NCBI GenBank assembly: GCA_964247055.1
Contig: OZ176059.1
Location: 1,550,001 to 1,614,000 of the forward strand
DNA: 64,000 bases
Source: Paragordius varius
Taxonomy: Eukaryota > Animalia > Nematomorpha
Reading direction: 5' to 3'
The translations under genes and the position numbers were made by a program. The notes beneath the pieces are model-generated. The model searched no databases, was not told the origin of the DNA, and saw nothing but the letters and a program-made list of their open reading frames with translations. This document shows positions 11,799 through 24,542 of the stretch, piece by piece; the stretch's first letter is position 1, and every line of letters starts with the position of its first letter.

Positions 11799-13419
11799 CA
11801 ATTTCACCCTTAAACAATTCAAATTCACCCTTGAACAATTCAAAATTCACACTCAAATAAAATATATGTTTTTTAAGATTCAAAATTACCTATATTTTAT
11901 ATATTTTTCAAAAATAAAAATTTTGATTTAAATTAAAATAATACTGAAAAAATAATAAACTATACCATAAACATATATTTCATATTAATAATGAATTATA
12001 CTAGTTCGAAAACACATAATTTATTTTTAGGGAGAATTTGAATTGTTCGAGGGTAAATTTGAATTGTTCAAGGGTTAACTTGAACTGTAAATGGTATATA
12101 TATATATATAGCGGAAAATCTAAATTATTATATAATAGATTGCCCACCCGATGCTCCCAGAGTATTTTGTTATGTCGATCCGTGTGATTTTGCGACATGT
12201 CCAAATTTTCCAAATGCCACTTGTCAAGCCAACTATTGTGGTGGCTGTAATGCCGAATTTTATTATAATGGAGAAAAGGTGGATTGTTTAACTGGTAAAT
12301 TAAGCTTTATAGTATAATTTATTTTGAAAGACAGTATTAAATTGTTGCCTGTTTTAATAAGTATGAATATTGCTTCTGCATATTTGAGCAAACTTTAAAA
12401 TTAATCAATTTTTTTTATAAAAAAATTTCATTTTTTAATCCAACATATGACAAAGATACTTTAGTTAGGAAGTCATTTTAATAATGGTAACAGTCATGCT
12501 ATTAAAGGCATTCATAACCGGTCAAAACCATATGCAAAAAGGGTTCTTTGTGATTTAAACCACACGTTTTTAGCATAAATATTTTTGTTAAAACACAAAA
12601 TCAAATAAATTTTTGTTTTATATTTTACAAAAAGATTGTCCCGATGACCAAGTGATTGTAAATTGTCTAGTGGAACCATGTTTGTTTGCAGTATGCCCTA
12701 GGTATCCTGGAGCTACATGTGTTTCAAATTATTGTGGTGGATGTAGGGCCAATTTCTATTATAGGGGAGCACTCGTTACAAATTGTGAAAAAGGTTAATT
12801 TTTTAATTATCTCTATAATTATTTTTTTTTTATTTTTTTTTAACTTAGTATTTGGATAATATATTACAGTATACACCCAGTTTATCGTTGACCAATTCAC
12901 ATTTTGTGTTGGCAAATTGATAATACAGTAACGTATGATATAAAAAACAGATTTTGTCCATAATTTTAAATTTTATGTTGAAAATGGGGTATAATGTTTT
13001 TTTGCAACCATTTGTTGTTTCTTACCTATATGCTATTGTATTGCCAATTAGCACAAAATAATGTAAAGTGGCCAACAATAAAGTGGGTACTGTATTTACA
13101 TGTTAATATTTACTGATTTTTCCCAAAATCTAGTTTGGATTTACCTTTTTTTATGATAGTTAAAGTGTGTATAACTGCCCTAAATATAATAATAAGTTTG
13201 CAGATATCAGTTTACACATTATAACTTATTTTTTGTTTGTCTCAAATAACCCAAGAATGTTCTCGACCACTTGTACGATGTAAACGGAATCCATGTGATG
13301 GTAAAACATGTCCAGCTTTTCCCCAAGCCGTATGTGTCCCCAATTATTGTAAACGATGTTCGGCCGAATTTTATCTCCCTTTCAATAGCACGCGCGTTAA
13401 TTGTAACCGACGATATTAA
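11295..13419 (+). CDS. Small secreted protein (184 aa): signal peptide plus three tandem 8-cysteine modules; family not recognised
   Basis: Exons 11295-11370 (MFVFLAFITLILPGIYDSQYPNPDL), 12139-12294, 12635-12793, 13256-13419. All introns are phase 1 GT-AG; 555 nt, open. Module consensus C-x6-8-C-x3-PC-x4-CP-x2-P-x-A-x-C-x2-NYC-x2-C-x-A-x-FY-x7-8-C. Confidence 0.8.
11795..12094. mobile_element. MITE family C (TA|CCATTTACAGTTCAAATTCACCC, 21-bp subterminal tandem repeats) inside a (TA)n tract
   Basis: Inverted arrays of CAAATTCACCCTTGAACAATT around an AT-rich core. Further copies at 18151-18414, 20184-20533, 20968-21903, ~22441-22693, 35204-35553, 37557-~37853, 47240-47461 and 54058-54290. Confidence 0.85.
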
Positions 13420-13425
13420 ATGTTT

Positions 13426-13464
<39 letters not shown>

Positions 13465-14369
13465 CATATAAATAAATATTTATTGATATTTTTTAATTTA
13501 TTAAATATTATTAATTTAATTCATATACCGTATGAGTAAGGATACTTTGCTAGTTTACTGTTAACTAATGCCAGATACCATATGCAGCCGAGCAAATTTT
13601 AATTGGCTAATAGAAAAAACAAGCGAAAAAATAACTATATGCCTATTATATTTCTCTTTTATTACAGTAAATAGCAAAATTAAATACTGTATATTTTTTT
13701 AGATATGGATCAGATTTTATTTGCAATATGTCCCTTCTCGGTACATATCTTAGTAGAGAACAAAATGTGTAATTATTAGGTTTTGATTAATATTGCATTT
13801 ATTTAACTTCGATTCAAATTGGGGTATCTAAGACAATGTTTAAATTGATATTTTTATCAAACTCGTGAAAGAAACGGTTCCAATTTAAATATATGTTTCT
13901 ATCCTAATAAAAAGTATATAAATAAGCTAAAATATTTATATAAAATTTAGTGATAAAAAAAAGTTTCGTATTAAACTGCTTGGACGCCATTTTTATCACA
14001 TTTTCTCAAAATATCATGTTTATTTGAATGTAAGTTTAAAATTAATTTTAGTTTTTTTATTAAAATCCCATTTAACATAGTTATAAACAGAAATAGTGGT
14101 ATATTTTGCATTATTTTTGTATTTTGCTTGTGCTCACATATCATGGCTAAAACCTTTTGGTTTTATCCCTGAATATGTAATATCAAATTTTGAATGAATA
14201 TTTTATTATATTTCGGTTCATTAAGTTATATAACAAACTTTTGCCATGGTTATTTATTTTTTGAAATATATATATTTAATCAAGCCTGGGGTATCTAACT
14301 ACACCAATATGAATCGAATGATTAAAATAAATGCGTTGTATCCAAGTGTTAATGATGGAGAATTTTTTT

Positions 14370-14620
14370 TTAATAAAAATAGCAACAAATCAAAATGCTG
14401 CTGATTTCGACAGTGTTCTTGAAGATGTCATGAAAGTGATTTTACCGGATGATTATATTGTGTTAGATAACGCCCTAATACACCATACGAAACATCAAAA
14501 CAAGAGAGATTTCTTATTTATGCCCGCTTAAAGTGCCCAATAAAATCCAATTAAAATTTCTTTTCCAAAAATAAAAAAGGACAGGTGAAATACTATTTTA
14601 ACAATGTGAAAGAATTAATT
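14370..14620 (+). pseudogene. IS630/Tc1-like DDE transposase fragment
   Basis: IVLDNALIHH...FLFMPA*SAQ*NPIKISFPKIK matches the DDE_3 pattern (DNAxxH...LPxYSPxLNPIE...K), with stops. Confidence 0.7.
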
Positions 14621-14689
14621 GATAACATAACTTAAATTCTTGAAAATATTCAGCACATTATGAGCACCCCAAATTTTAAAAAATATGTT

Positions 14690-15609
14690 TGGAAAACTAT
14701 CATCGGAACGTGAAAATAAGAGCCATGCATTTTATACCATTCGAAAGAGCACTAAAAACTGTATCTCGAATGGTATTTGGTCATTTAAATAAATCTGATG
14801 TAAAAGTTATTTGGGTTTATATGGTCAAAATTTTCAATCCTTATGTAAGTCAAAAATTTTACAGACAAACTAATTTAAAAATCATATTATTTTAATTTAA
14901 TTATTATGATTAACATTAGAAAAAAATAAAAATACAAACTTTGAAAAAGCTTATGCTTTTCTTTTTAATAAAAATTATTATTATCAAATTATTTTACCTA
15001 GTGGATACTAAAATATAGTTATAACTGTAAATTTATTATAAACAATCGTTAAAAAGGCAAAAATATCTTAAACTTTGTTTTTAGTCGTTGAAATTTGAAA
15101 TAAAGCTCCTTAAGAAAATAAAATAATATATATGGGATGTTAATTTTTTAAAAAACAAAAAACTTAAAAAAAGCTGTTTTGAATGGCATAAAAGCAATTA
15201 ATAAGTGTTATAATCAAAAAAAATTTCTTGTGATAATCTTTTCGGACATTCATTGCCATCTAAACAAAGTTTAAGCTATTTTCATCCATTAGTAATATAT
15301 TTACTAAGAAAAACGCTCCAATTTCACGCGTTTGACACTTCCTATGTCCAATATTAACTATCGATGTAAATCATATTAGTATGCATTTTATAGAATTTTT
15401 AATACTCTTTATGATATATTTGAATGATATATTACTGGGTATTTGTTGTATATTTAACTGAAAAACATTTTTAGAGGGCGCATAATCAAAAAAATCATAT
15501 TATACAAAATTCTTAGGTGGTATAAATTTTATTATAGTTATAATGTAAAAAGGATAGATATTAAAATATGCAAAAAAACTCGAGTGGCCGAAAAATTTGT
15601 TGTCTAGTG
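14690..15609. mobile_element. Family E copy (left-truncated)
   Basis: Collinear with 56161-57281; ends AAATTTGTTGTCTAGTG|TA. Confidence 0.7.
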
Positions 15610-15680
15610 TAAATGATATTTTATTAACATTTTTATGATATTTCTCAGTTTATCTAATTTTAGGGTGCTATATATAACAT

Positions 15681-16280
15681 TTGTACTTCAAGAGTGTCCT
15701 TGAACACTTCAAGTTTGTTGCTGAACATTTTATGTTTGTCCTTGAACATTTCAAGTTGGTTCTTAAACACCTCAAGATGGTTCTTGAACACCCTCAAGTT
15801 GGCAAATCGTATATCATTCATTATTTTATCGTTTTTAACCTATTTACTATTATTTAACATAAATTTTAAATCAATATTAACTTTTAATCATTGAGAAACC
15901 GTGTATCTTTGTAAATATCTTAAATTACTTTTAATATTTAATAAATTTTAACACGTTAAATATATAAGTTTTCTGGGTTATTATTTATAAATTTTCATTG
16001 AAAACATTCTAAAGTTTCCAATTTTGTTAAATTGGAAAAAAATTAGTTTAAAACAAAAAAGTGGTTTTTGAATAAAATTTATTTTAAATGAATAAATATA
16101 TAATAAATAAAGAAAATTAGGTTGAAGAATAATAAAATAAAAAATACATCCAAAAATTATGGTTAAATCAAAATTTAAAATTTTAAGGACCAACTTAAAG
16201 TGTTAAAGGACCAACTTAAAGTGTTAAAGGACCAACTTAAAGTGTTAAAGGACCAACTTAAAGTGTTCAAGGGCCAAAGA
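15681..16280. mobile_element. MITE family D (CCATTTGCACTTCAAGAG..., 21-bp subterminal repeats CAAGTTGGTCCTTGAACACTT), eroded ends
   Basis: Inverted 21-bp arrays at both ends. Other copies at ~18960-19384, ~38240-38780, ~38890-39523 and the intact 58924-59557. Confidence 0.75.
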
Positions 16281-16798
16281 TATAAAATCAATATAAACTA
16301 CCCTATATATATATTTGTATAAGCTAATAAAAATTAAAATTTTTACACATAATAAATAACAATAGAAACAAGTGGATATTGAAAAACAATAAAATTAAAT
16401 ATGGTATGCTATATGATAAATATCAAGTTTTGTGTAAGTAATGAATCCATGTAGTGCGAAATTATTTGACGGTGCTATAAAGTTTAAACAAAGTAAAAGA
16501 GTATTCTGTATGCGTTTATAATGTACACAGCAATGTAATCAATAAAAAAAACTGCAAAGCAAGCTTTCTCATTAATGCCAACGTCTACAGTATATGGACA
16601 CAAACATTTAATAGAAAAAAATAAATTTTAACCACACATATATATTAGCTAAATACCGGCGGTAAACAAATATACAAATTCTACAAAGTATTAGCGTTTT
16701 AAAAGGCTAAATACATACATAAATTCATAAAAAAATCAATCAATGGTAAAAAATTTGGATTTGTTAAGCAAAATGTATATTGTGTAAAATGAAAATTT

Positions 16799-19700
16799 TT
16801 AGTTTGCAGAATTTGAGGTTGATGTCGCGGTTGTCGTAGCAGTAAACGAAGTACCAAGCCGACATAAAAAGGCAATAGTTTTGTAAATCAGTGCTTTAAT
16901 TATAGCCGGACATTTGGGGTGACTTGCTAATTCTTGGATCGCCATACGTAACTCGGAAAATATTATTCTACACATATTTAAATTTTTATACATATTTTTT
17001 TGTAATACCATCGATCATTCGAAATGAACAAATTATAAAAAGTTATTTCATTTTTTTAAATTAACAACCAAAATATAAAATCCCCAATCTTTTTAAGTCA
17101 CGAAACCGTGTATCCACTAATATTTCTGTTATAACTGTAACTGTGATACAGTATTTAAACGCATTGTTCATTATAAAAAAAATAGTTAATACCTGCAATA
17201 TGGGTTACGTTGAGATGTGTATCGAAACGTTAAAAAGCGATAGTATACAAATGGTAGAAATAAATTGCTTCGACCCCTGTAATTTATAAATATATAAAAA
17301 TTATAAAATCGATAGGATTATTTTGATTTGTGCCCATTTAATATATATATGTGATTTTATATCATAAGTAATTATAAAAAGTACTTAAAATTTTTTTTGG
17401 AATTGATGTAATATATAAAAGGTATTATAAAATTTTGATATGAAACACCCGTAACATATGTGCAAAACATATAATACTCGATAGAATAAAAGTGAAAATT
17501 GTTGTGAATATTGAAGAGCAATTTTGAAATAAAAAATTTAATTAATGCCTAATCATTACGTGTTAAATCCCTTTCCTTTGCTATCTTTAAGATTTTTATT
17601 AACAATTTTGGGCCTTTAAGGGTAAATTAAAATGAAAAAAAAAAAACTTACGTGAATACGCTAAAAATTATGGCTGGCATAATGAATATTTCAGTGCAAG
17701 CTATAAGACGTAACATACTCACTTGTTGACCATTCAATTGGGTTAACCCGTTTCGAATTATTGGGATATTCACATGGAATGCCTTTTTGTTCAGTCAATA
17801 CAGTAAAAAAAATTTTTTTTTCCAAAAAAAAAAACAACCATACTTTTTTTAAACTTTAATTTTTCTTTTATAAATTATTGTTTTAGGTGGACAAATAAGG
17901 GGAATAGACATACATGTAAATTGGTAGGACTTTCAATTATATATATATATATATATACAAAAGATGCCATCTAGAGTTGTGTAGAAAAAAAATGAATATC
18001 CGTCTCCTTTTTAAAAAAACAATTAAAAAATTTCAGTTTTTTTACTATTTCAATCTTTATATGTGATAGTTTTTTTTCATTTAAAACATTTAGAATGATC
18101 ATGGGAGTATTTAATATGGTATTTTATAAAATAACTATAATTTATATATACCATTTACAATCCAAATTCACACTCGAACAATTCAAATTCACCCTAAAAA
18201 TAAATTATGTGTTTTCGAACTAATATAGTCATCATCAAAAAGAAATATATTCTTATAGCATAGTTTATTATTTTTTCAGTATTGTATTAATTTTAAACGT
18301 AATTTTTATTTTTAAAAATATAAAAAGATATAGATTATTTTTAATCTTAAAAAACGCATAATTTATTTTAGGGTGAATTTGAATTGTTTAAGGGTGAATT
18401 TGAACTGTAAATGGTATATAAATATATATTGTATTTGAGAATTAACTTACATCAAGCACTTTTTGGGTAAAGGCCAAGGAATGTAGGAAAGCAAATAGAA
18501 ACGGAGGTACAACGGATACTAATTATATTATAATATTATATTATTAAAGTCGAAAATACCAATCCTTAAAGAGTTTATATACCAAGAGCTGTAAATTTTC
18601 AAAAACTATTTACTTAAAACAAACTAGAATAGAGTATGATTATATTTTTACTGTAATTTTGTTACGCCCTAAGAAATTTCGATATATGACATATTAATTG
18701 ATAAGAAAATTAAGATTCATTAATTTATGAGTGAAGCATATATATAGAAATTATTTTTTTTAAAATAATACTTAAAACTACATATACAAAGTATTGGTTT
18801 CTTTCACATATAATTTTAATAAAAATTAACAAATTTTTTGTGGTATATCCATCATTTTTGAAGCGCCTTAAACTTAAGTAACTCTTGTTTAATTTACTCC
18901 ATTTCACATCCTGTATATAAAATAACCCTATTATGTCGATTATTTAATTTTGTATACCATTTGAACTTCATTCAAGTTGGTCCTTAAAATTTTTAATTTT
19001 AATTCATAATTTTTGCATTTTTTTTTATTTTTTATCAAAAACCACTTTTTTGTTTCAAACTAAATTTTTTCCAATTTAACAAAATTATTAACTTTTAAAT
19101 TTGCAATAAAAAATTGTTAATAATAGCCCAGAAAAACTATTTATTTATTAATTACGTGTTTTATAAATATCCAAAATAATTTCAAGAAATTAACAAAGAT
19201 ATACGGTGCCTCAATGATTAAAAGTTAATATTGGTTTAAAATTTATCGTAAATGATAGAAAATAGGTTAAAAACGATAAAATAGATGAATGATATTCGAT
19301 TTGATTGGTAAAAAGTTAAAAACATTACAAAAAAGTCAAAGGACCTACTTAAAGTGTTCAAGGACACTCTTAAAGTGCAAATGGTATATATGGAAAAGTA
19401 TTGGTAATTTCTTAACATCATCAAACAAAGCTTATAACACACACCACCTATTATGGCCCTGCTATTTATAGTATAATTTATACATGTGATGATAACTTAC
19501 GTGTAATTTGACGTGCAAAAAATAAGAAAATAGCACTAAACATCAAATAATGACAACTATCTTCCGTCAGGATTTGGGCTAAAAAAGCGCGCGAAAAACG
19601 CCGCTGAACCCCACCAGCGCCGTTAACGGTCGGTCCTTGGCCGCCCGCCGCCGCCATCGTGCGTAAATGTAAGCGGAGAGCGGAAACTGCGGCATTTGCT

Positions 19701-22700
19701 ATGAGTATTCTTTGATACCAACTATGTTGCTTACTAAAGCAGAATCAAAAAAAAGAAAGAGAAATATAAATATTTGGTATAATTTTTTTAAAGCCTATTA
19801 TTATCAATAACCCTTTTTTTAAACAATCTTTTTTGAAACAAAATTTTTCAAATGTAATGTGTAGGTAGACCATACTTTTTTTTGGAAAAAGCAAACATAC
19901 AACATAAATTTTTATAGTTTTTAAATGTCCATAAATTTTTGTAATATTTTATCCATATATTGTATCAAAATAATAGGCCATCTCCCAATATTTAAGAAAT
20001 ATCACAGAGGCATTTGATTAAAAAACATAACATTGGAATCGGAATCGAAACCAGTCAGTTCTCTTTCCAATCCATGGTTATAAAATAGATGTACTTTATA
20101 TAAAATTTGATAATTTCAATTTTCTATTACCAAAAAAAAATAAATCGATATAAAGTAAAAGAGAGTTTTTTTTACATCATATACCATTTACAGCTCAAAT
20201 TCACCCTCAAACAATTCAAATTCACCCTCAAACGATTCATATTCACCCTAAAAATAAATCATGAAATTTCTGGCTAATATAACTCAACATTAAAATTAAA
20301 TATATTTGTATGACAAAGTTTATTATTTTTTCAGTATTATTTTGATTACATACAAAATTTGTTTTTCCTTAAAATATAAAAAAATATAAGTAATATATAA
20401 TCTTAAAAAACACATAATTTATTTTAGGGTGAATTTAAATTGTTCGAGGGTGAATTTGAATTGTTTAAGGGTGAATTTGAATTGTTCAAGGATGAATTTG
20501 AATTATTTAAGAGTGAATTTGAACTGTAAATGGTATATTTGGTATGATTTTTTTCAAAGCCTATTATTATTATTATCAAACGATTGAATACGGAATGTAT
20601 TAACCAATTTTTTGAAACAAAATTTTTCATATAATGTGTAGGTAGATCATACTTTTTTTTGCAAAAAGCAAATATACAACATAAATTTTTATAGTTTTTA
20701 TATGTCCATAAATTTTTGTAATATTTTATCCATATATTGTATCAAAATAATAGGCCATCTCCCAATATTTAAGAAAGCTAAAATGATATCAGAGGAGGAT
20801 TAAAAAACATAACATTGGAATTGGAATCAAAACCAGTCAGTTCTCTTTCCAATCCATGGTTATAAATAGATGTATTTTATATAAAATTGCTAATTTCAAT
20901 TTTCTACCAAAAAAATATATGGATATATAAGGTAAATTAAAAGAAAGTTTTTTTTACATATAATATACCATTTACAGCTCAAATTCACCCTCAAACAATT
21001 CAAATTCACACTAAAATAAATTATGACCCATGTTCGCGTAAGTATTACTTGCATCCTTATGCTTAAATCCTTATACTTACGTCCTTATGCTTACATTTTT
21101 GAATAAAAATAATCCATTCATCAAAAGTCTGCTCCTAGTAGACTTATTAAAATTTCAAAGTGGCATAACTTTAAGAATATTGCGAATTTTAGAATTCTGT
21201 AAATTGGAGGTCCAATTTTTAAAACCTATAAATAATTTGTTATATATACATTATTTTCTAATCTCCAATTTAAAAAATTTAAAAACAGGTAGTTTTTTTT
21301 ATTTCACAAAGTAATATTTCAATTTTGATAACTCAAAAAATCTAAAAATATAGTTGGATAAAATGCATACCTATTTCTTTTAAAAAACCTTTGATTTTGC
21401 ATGCATGTGGATTTATCTATTTTTTAACAGGGGTTGTGTAAACCCCTTTTAATGCCAAAAGATTGAAGCAACATTACTCAAACCTATAAATTATTTGTTA
21501 AATATACTTTACTTTCTATCCTCCAATTTAGAGAATTTAAAAATTCACATTATTTTTAAAGTTATGCCACTTTGAAATTTTAATCAGTCTACTAGGAGCA
21601 AACTTATGATGAATGTATTATTTTATTTAAAAATGTAAGCATAAGGATTTAAGCATAAGGACGCAAGTAATACTCACCCGAACATGGGTCTATGTGTTTT
21701 CGAACTAATATAACTCATTACTAATATGAAATATATCTTTATGGCATAGTTTATTATTTTTTCAGTATTATTTTTTAATTTAAAACAAAATTTTATTTTT
21801 TAAAAATATATAAAAGTATAAGTAATTTTTAATTTAAAAAAATAGATATTTTATTTAAGGGTTAATTTAAGAATTTTTAAGGGTGAATTTGAATGGTAAA
21901 TGGTATATTATAACCCTGTGAACACAAATTACATACTACATTTGTTGGTAATTATCAAATATGAGTTGATTGACTAAAGAACGCCTGAATTAAATTTTTT
22001 ATTATACACATGAAATATTAAATAAAGATTTCAATCTACCAATCCAATCTACTATAAAAAAAATTATACGTGACAAATTAAATTTCTATATTACAGTAGG
22101 CGTATTTAAAGAAACAACAAATGTCCATAATAATTATATACACAAAAAATTTGATGTCCATAATCATAGTAACATAGTATAGAAAAATTATTTAATAATT
22201 TTAATTTTAACCATCTATTGTTTTTAACCTATACACGCCTGTATATTAACCAATTAACCAAAAATAAAGTGAATGTAAATTATTATGCAATAATAAATTC
22301 GATAAATCTTACCCAATTAAGGGGAGTAGGAAAAAGAACATTGATACAACTATGACAAGTCGGAGTAACCATAAGACACCATCAAGTTTAGAGTTGAGGA
22401 GAAATTGCTAAACGATATATATAAAAACAAAAATCAAAGTTACCCTTGAACAATTCAAATTCACCCTAAAAATAAATTATAAAATTTCCGTCTAATATAA
22501 CTCATCATTAAAATATTAAATATATTTTTATGGCAAAGTTTATTATTTTTTTTCAGTATTATTTTGATTACATACAAAATTTCTTTTTTTTAATAAAATT
22601 TTTTTTAAAAAAACATATAATTTATTTAAGGGTGAATTTGAATTGTTCAAGGGTGAATTTGAATTGTTTAAGGGTGAATTTGAACTGTAAATGTATAAAA

Positions 22701-23576
22701 ATGAAAACATATTTTAAATAATCTTAAATTATATAAAAAGAAAGATTTTAAATTAAATTGCAACTTTTTTATAAATATGAATATATTACAAGGAATATAG
22801 GATTAAAATGAAAATTATACAGATAAAAGTAAAAACTAAATACGAATTTTTTTTTAAAAAAAAATACTTTTTTATTCATATTTGCCATACATACAACAAA
22901 TTGAGTGTTACCAATTTACTATTCCGTAATTTTGCAATGCAACACAAAACAATGATTTTTATTTAACACTTTGAATCAAAATGGGGTATCTAAATACCAG
23001 ACTAATAAGTTAATATTTTAAAAAAAAACCACTAAAAGAAACGGTACCAATTTAAATATATGCTTCTATCCAAATATAAATTAAATATCTAAATAAAATT
23101 TCGTTTTTTAAAATTGACCAAATTTTTACCTTTCGATTTTAGCTTATAAGTAATATCAAGTATTTTTAAATAAGATTTCGGTTAATTAATGTAATATAAG
23201 TGCAAAATTTTGCCATGGTTTCGATTCCTTCCATATTTTTTAATGAATTTAATTTTAAACAAGCCTGTGGTATTCAACTACCCCATTTTGAATCGAAGGA
23301 CAAAAATGAATGTGTTGTATCCAGGTGTTAAATAATCACAAAGTTTAAAAAATATGGCTGTCTCTGTTTGATAAAAAATTTACATTACTTTTGTCTGTAT
23401 AATTACAATTTTTTCTATATATTTATATATATATATATATAATTTACAATTCCATTATTCGTTGGGTTTGATGTAGAGTTAGGATTGTTGTTTCTCGTAT
23501 TGGTATTATTTGTAGTTTGATTTGAATCATTTCGACGATTGCCATTATTGTCACCACTTATATTTTCCTCAGTCAT
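16799..23576 (-). CDS. TMEM33: Transmembrane protein 33 (UPF0121/Pom33 family), 302 aa, 7 exons
   Basis: Exons 23576-23448, 22407-22313, 19733-19501, 18518-18451, 17782-17652, 17276-17193, 16967-16799 (909 nt, phases consistent). Motifs KLDGVLWLLRL, WYQRILIANA..SALRLH, SRAFLAQILTEDSCHYL, IACTEIFIMP, PFVYYRFLTFRYTSQRNPYCR. Confidence 0.93.
19769..21020. repeat. ~766-bp tandem duplication in TMEM33 intron 2; each unit ends in a family C element
   Basis: 19769-~20260 aligns with 20535-~21020, including the same C insertion point (…ATACCATTTACAGCTCAAATTC). Confidence 0.85.
21025..21690. mobile_element. 666-bp MITE with ~130-bp TIRs (GACCCATGTTC...GAACATGGGTC) and a 3-bp TAT duplication, nested in a family C element
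   Basis: The empty C site AAATTATGTGTT is split as AAAT-TAT-[element]-TAT-GTGTT. Confidence 0.85.
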
Positions 23577-23910
23577 TTGTGTGTTGTCACAAGTTTTTTT
23601 GTACGTAGGGCTAAGCTTTTTTTTAAATTCACGGGTTTTATGTTATGTTTATGGATATGAATTGGTAAATTATCTAAAACAGTGTGTTAATATAAAACAT
23701 AACCATATATGTATGTAGCATGCATATTTGAAAAAAAAACTATGCGATTAATTTCTATAAATAAATTCAATGCCAATATACAGAGGTTTTTATATGTAAA
23801 AAATGATTTTAAAACTAGTAAAATGCTTTTTATATAAAAAATGTAATCTCACCTTTTGGATGCAAATATTTGTAAACACTTAAAATAAAAATTACAACTA
23901 GTTATAATTA

Positions 23911-24111
23911 CAGTATGAGTAAGTATACATGGCTAGAAATTTTTTTATTAATTATTGCCAAATAGTAAATACAACAAAGGGAAGTAATATTGGCTAATAA
24001 TAGTAAAAAGTGAAAAATAACCATATAAGCCAATAATACTGCCCTTTGTTGTATTTAATATTTGGCAATAATTAATAAAAAATTTCTAGCCATGTATACT
24101 TACTCTAACTG
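23911..24111. mobile_element. MITE family A
   Basis: TA|CAGTATGAGTAAGTATAC ... GTATACTTACTCTAACTG|TA. Confidence 0.8.
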
Positions 24112-24542
24112 TATTTTTATTGCATGAAAAATTTAGTAAGACGTATCTATATATGACACCCAAGTAAATTACAGCATCTTTGAAAACTCTTTTGCATAAA
24201 AATTTGTCGCTATCATTTTTCACCAATATAACTCTAAGACACTACCCAAAAAATGGTTAAAAATTTAGATGAATGGTGCTGACACCGCCGCAGACCATGA
24301 GCGGCATAAAGCCCTAAAAGATCTTTTTATAGCCTTAAATAAGTTTTGAAATATTTATAATTACTTAATAACTGTATCTAAAAAGCTATGCAATGTTTAT
24401 CGGTATTTAGAGTGCACGGCCCTTTTTACATATTCATTTTTTTAGTCTTTACAATTTTTTTTGCTGAAACCACTAGTTTAGATATTAAAACACCCTTGAA
24501 GCAAAATTATAACAATGGCATTAATAATAATTTATTTTTCTG

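Noticed and set aside
17703-17724. Apparent 22-nt GT-AG intron in TMEM33
   Set aside because: It reads through in frame as QQVSMLRLIAC, matching the ortholog motif (QQNILKFIAC); it is coding.
20040-20090. Duplicated GC-richer patch (AACCAGTCAGTTCTCTTTCCAATCCATGG) as an extra TMEM33 exon
   Set aside because: TMEM33 exons 2 and 3 join in frame and match orthologs without it; the patch is simply part of the tandem duplication.
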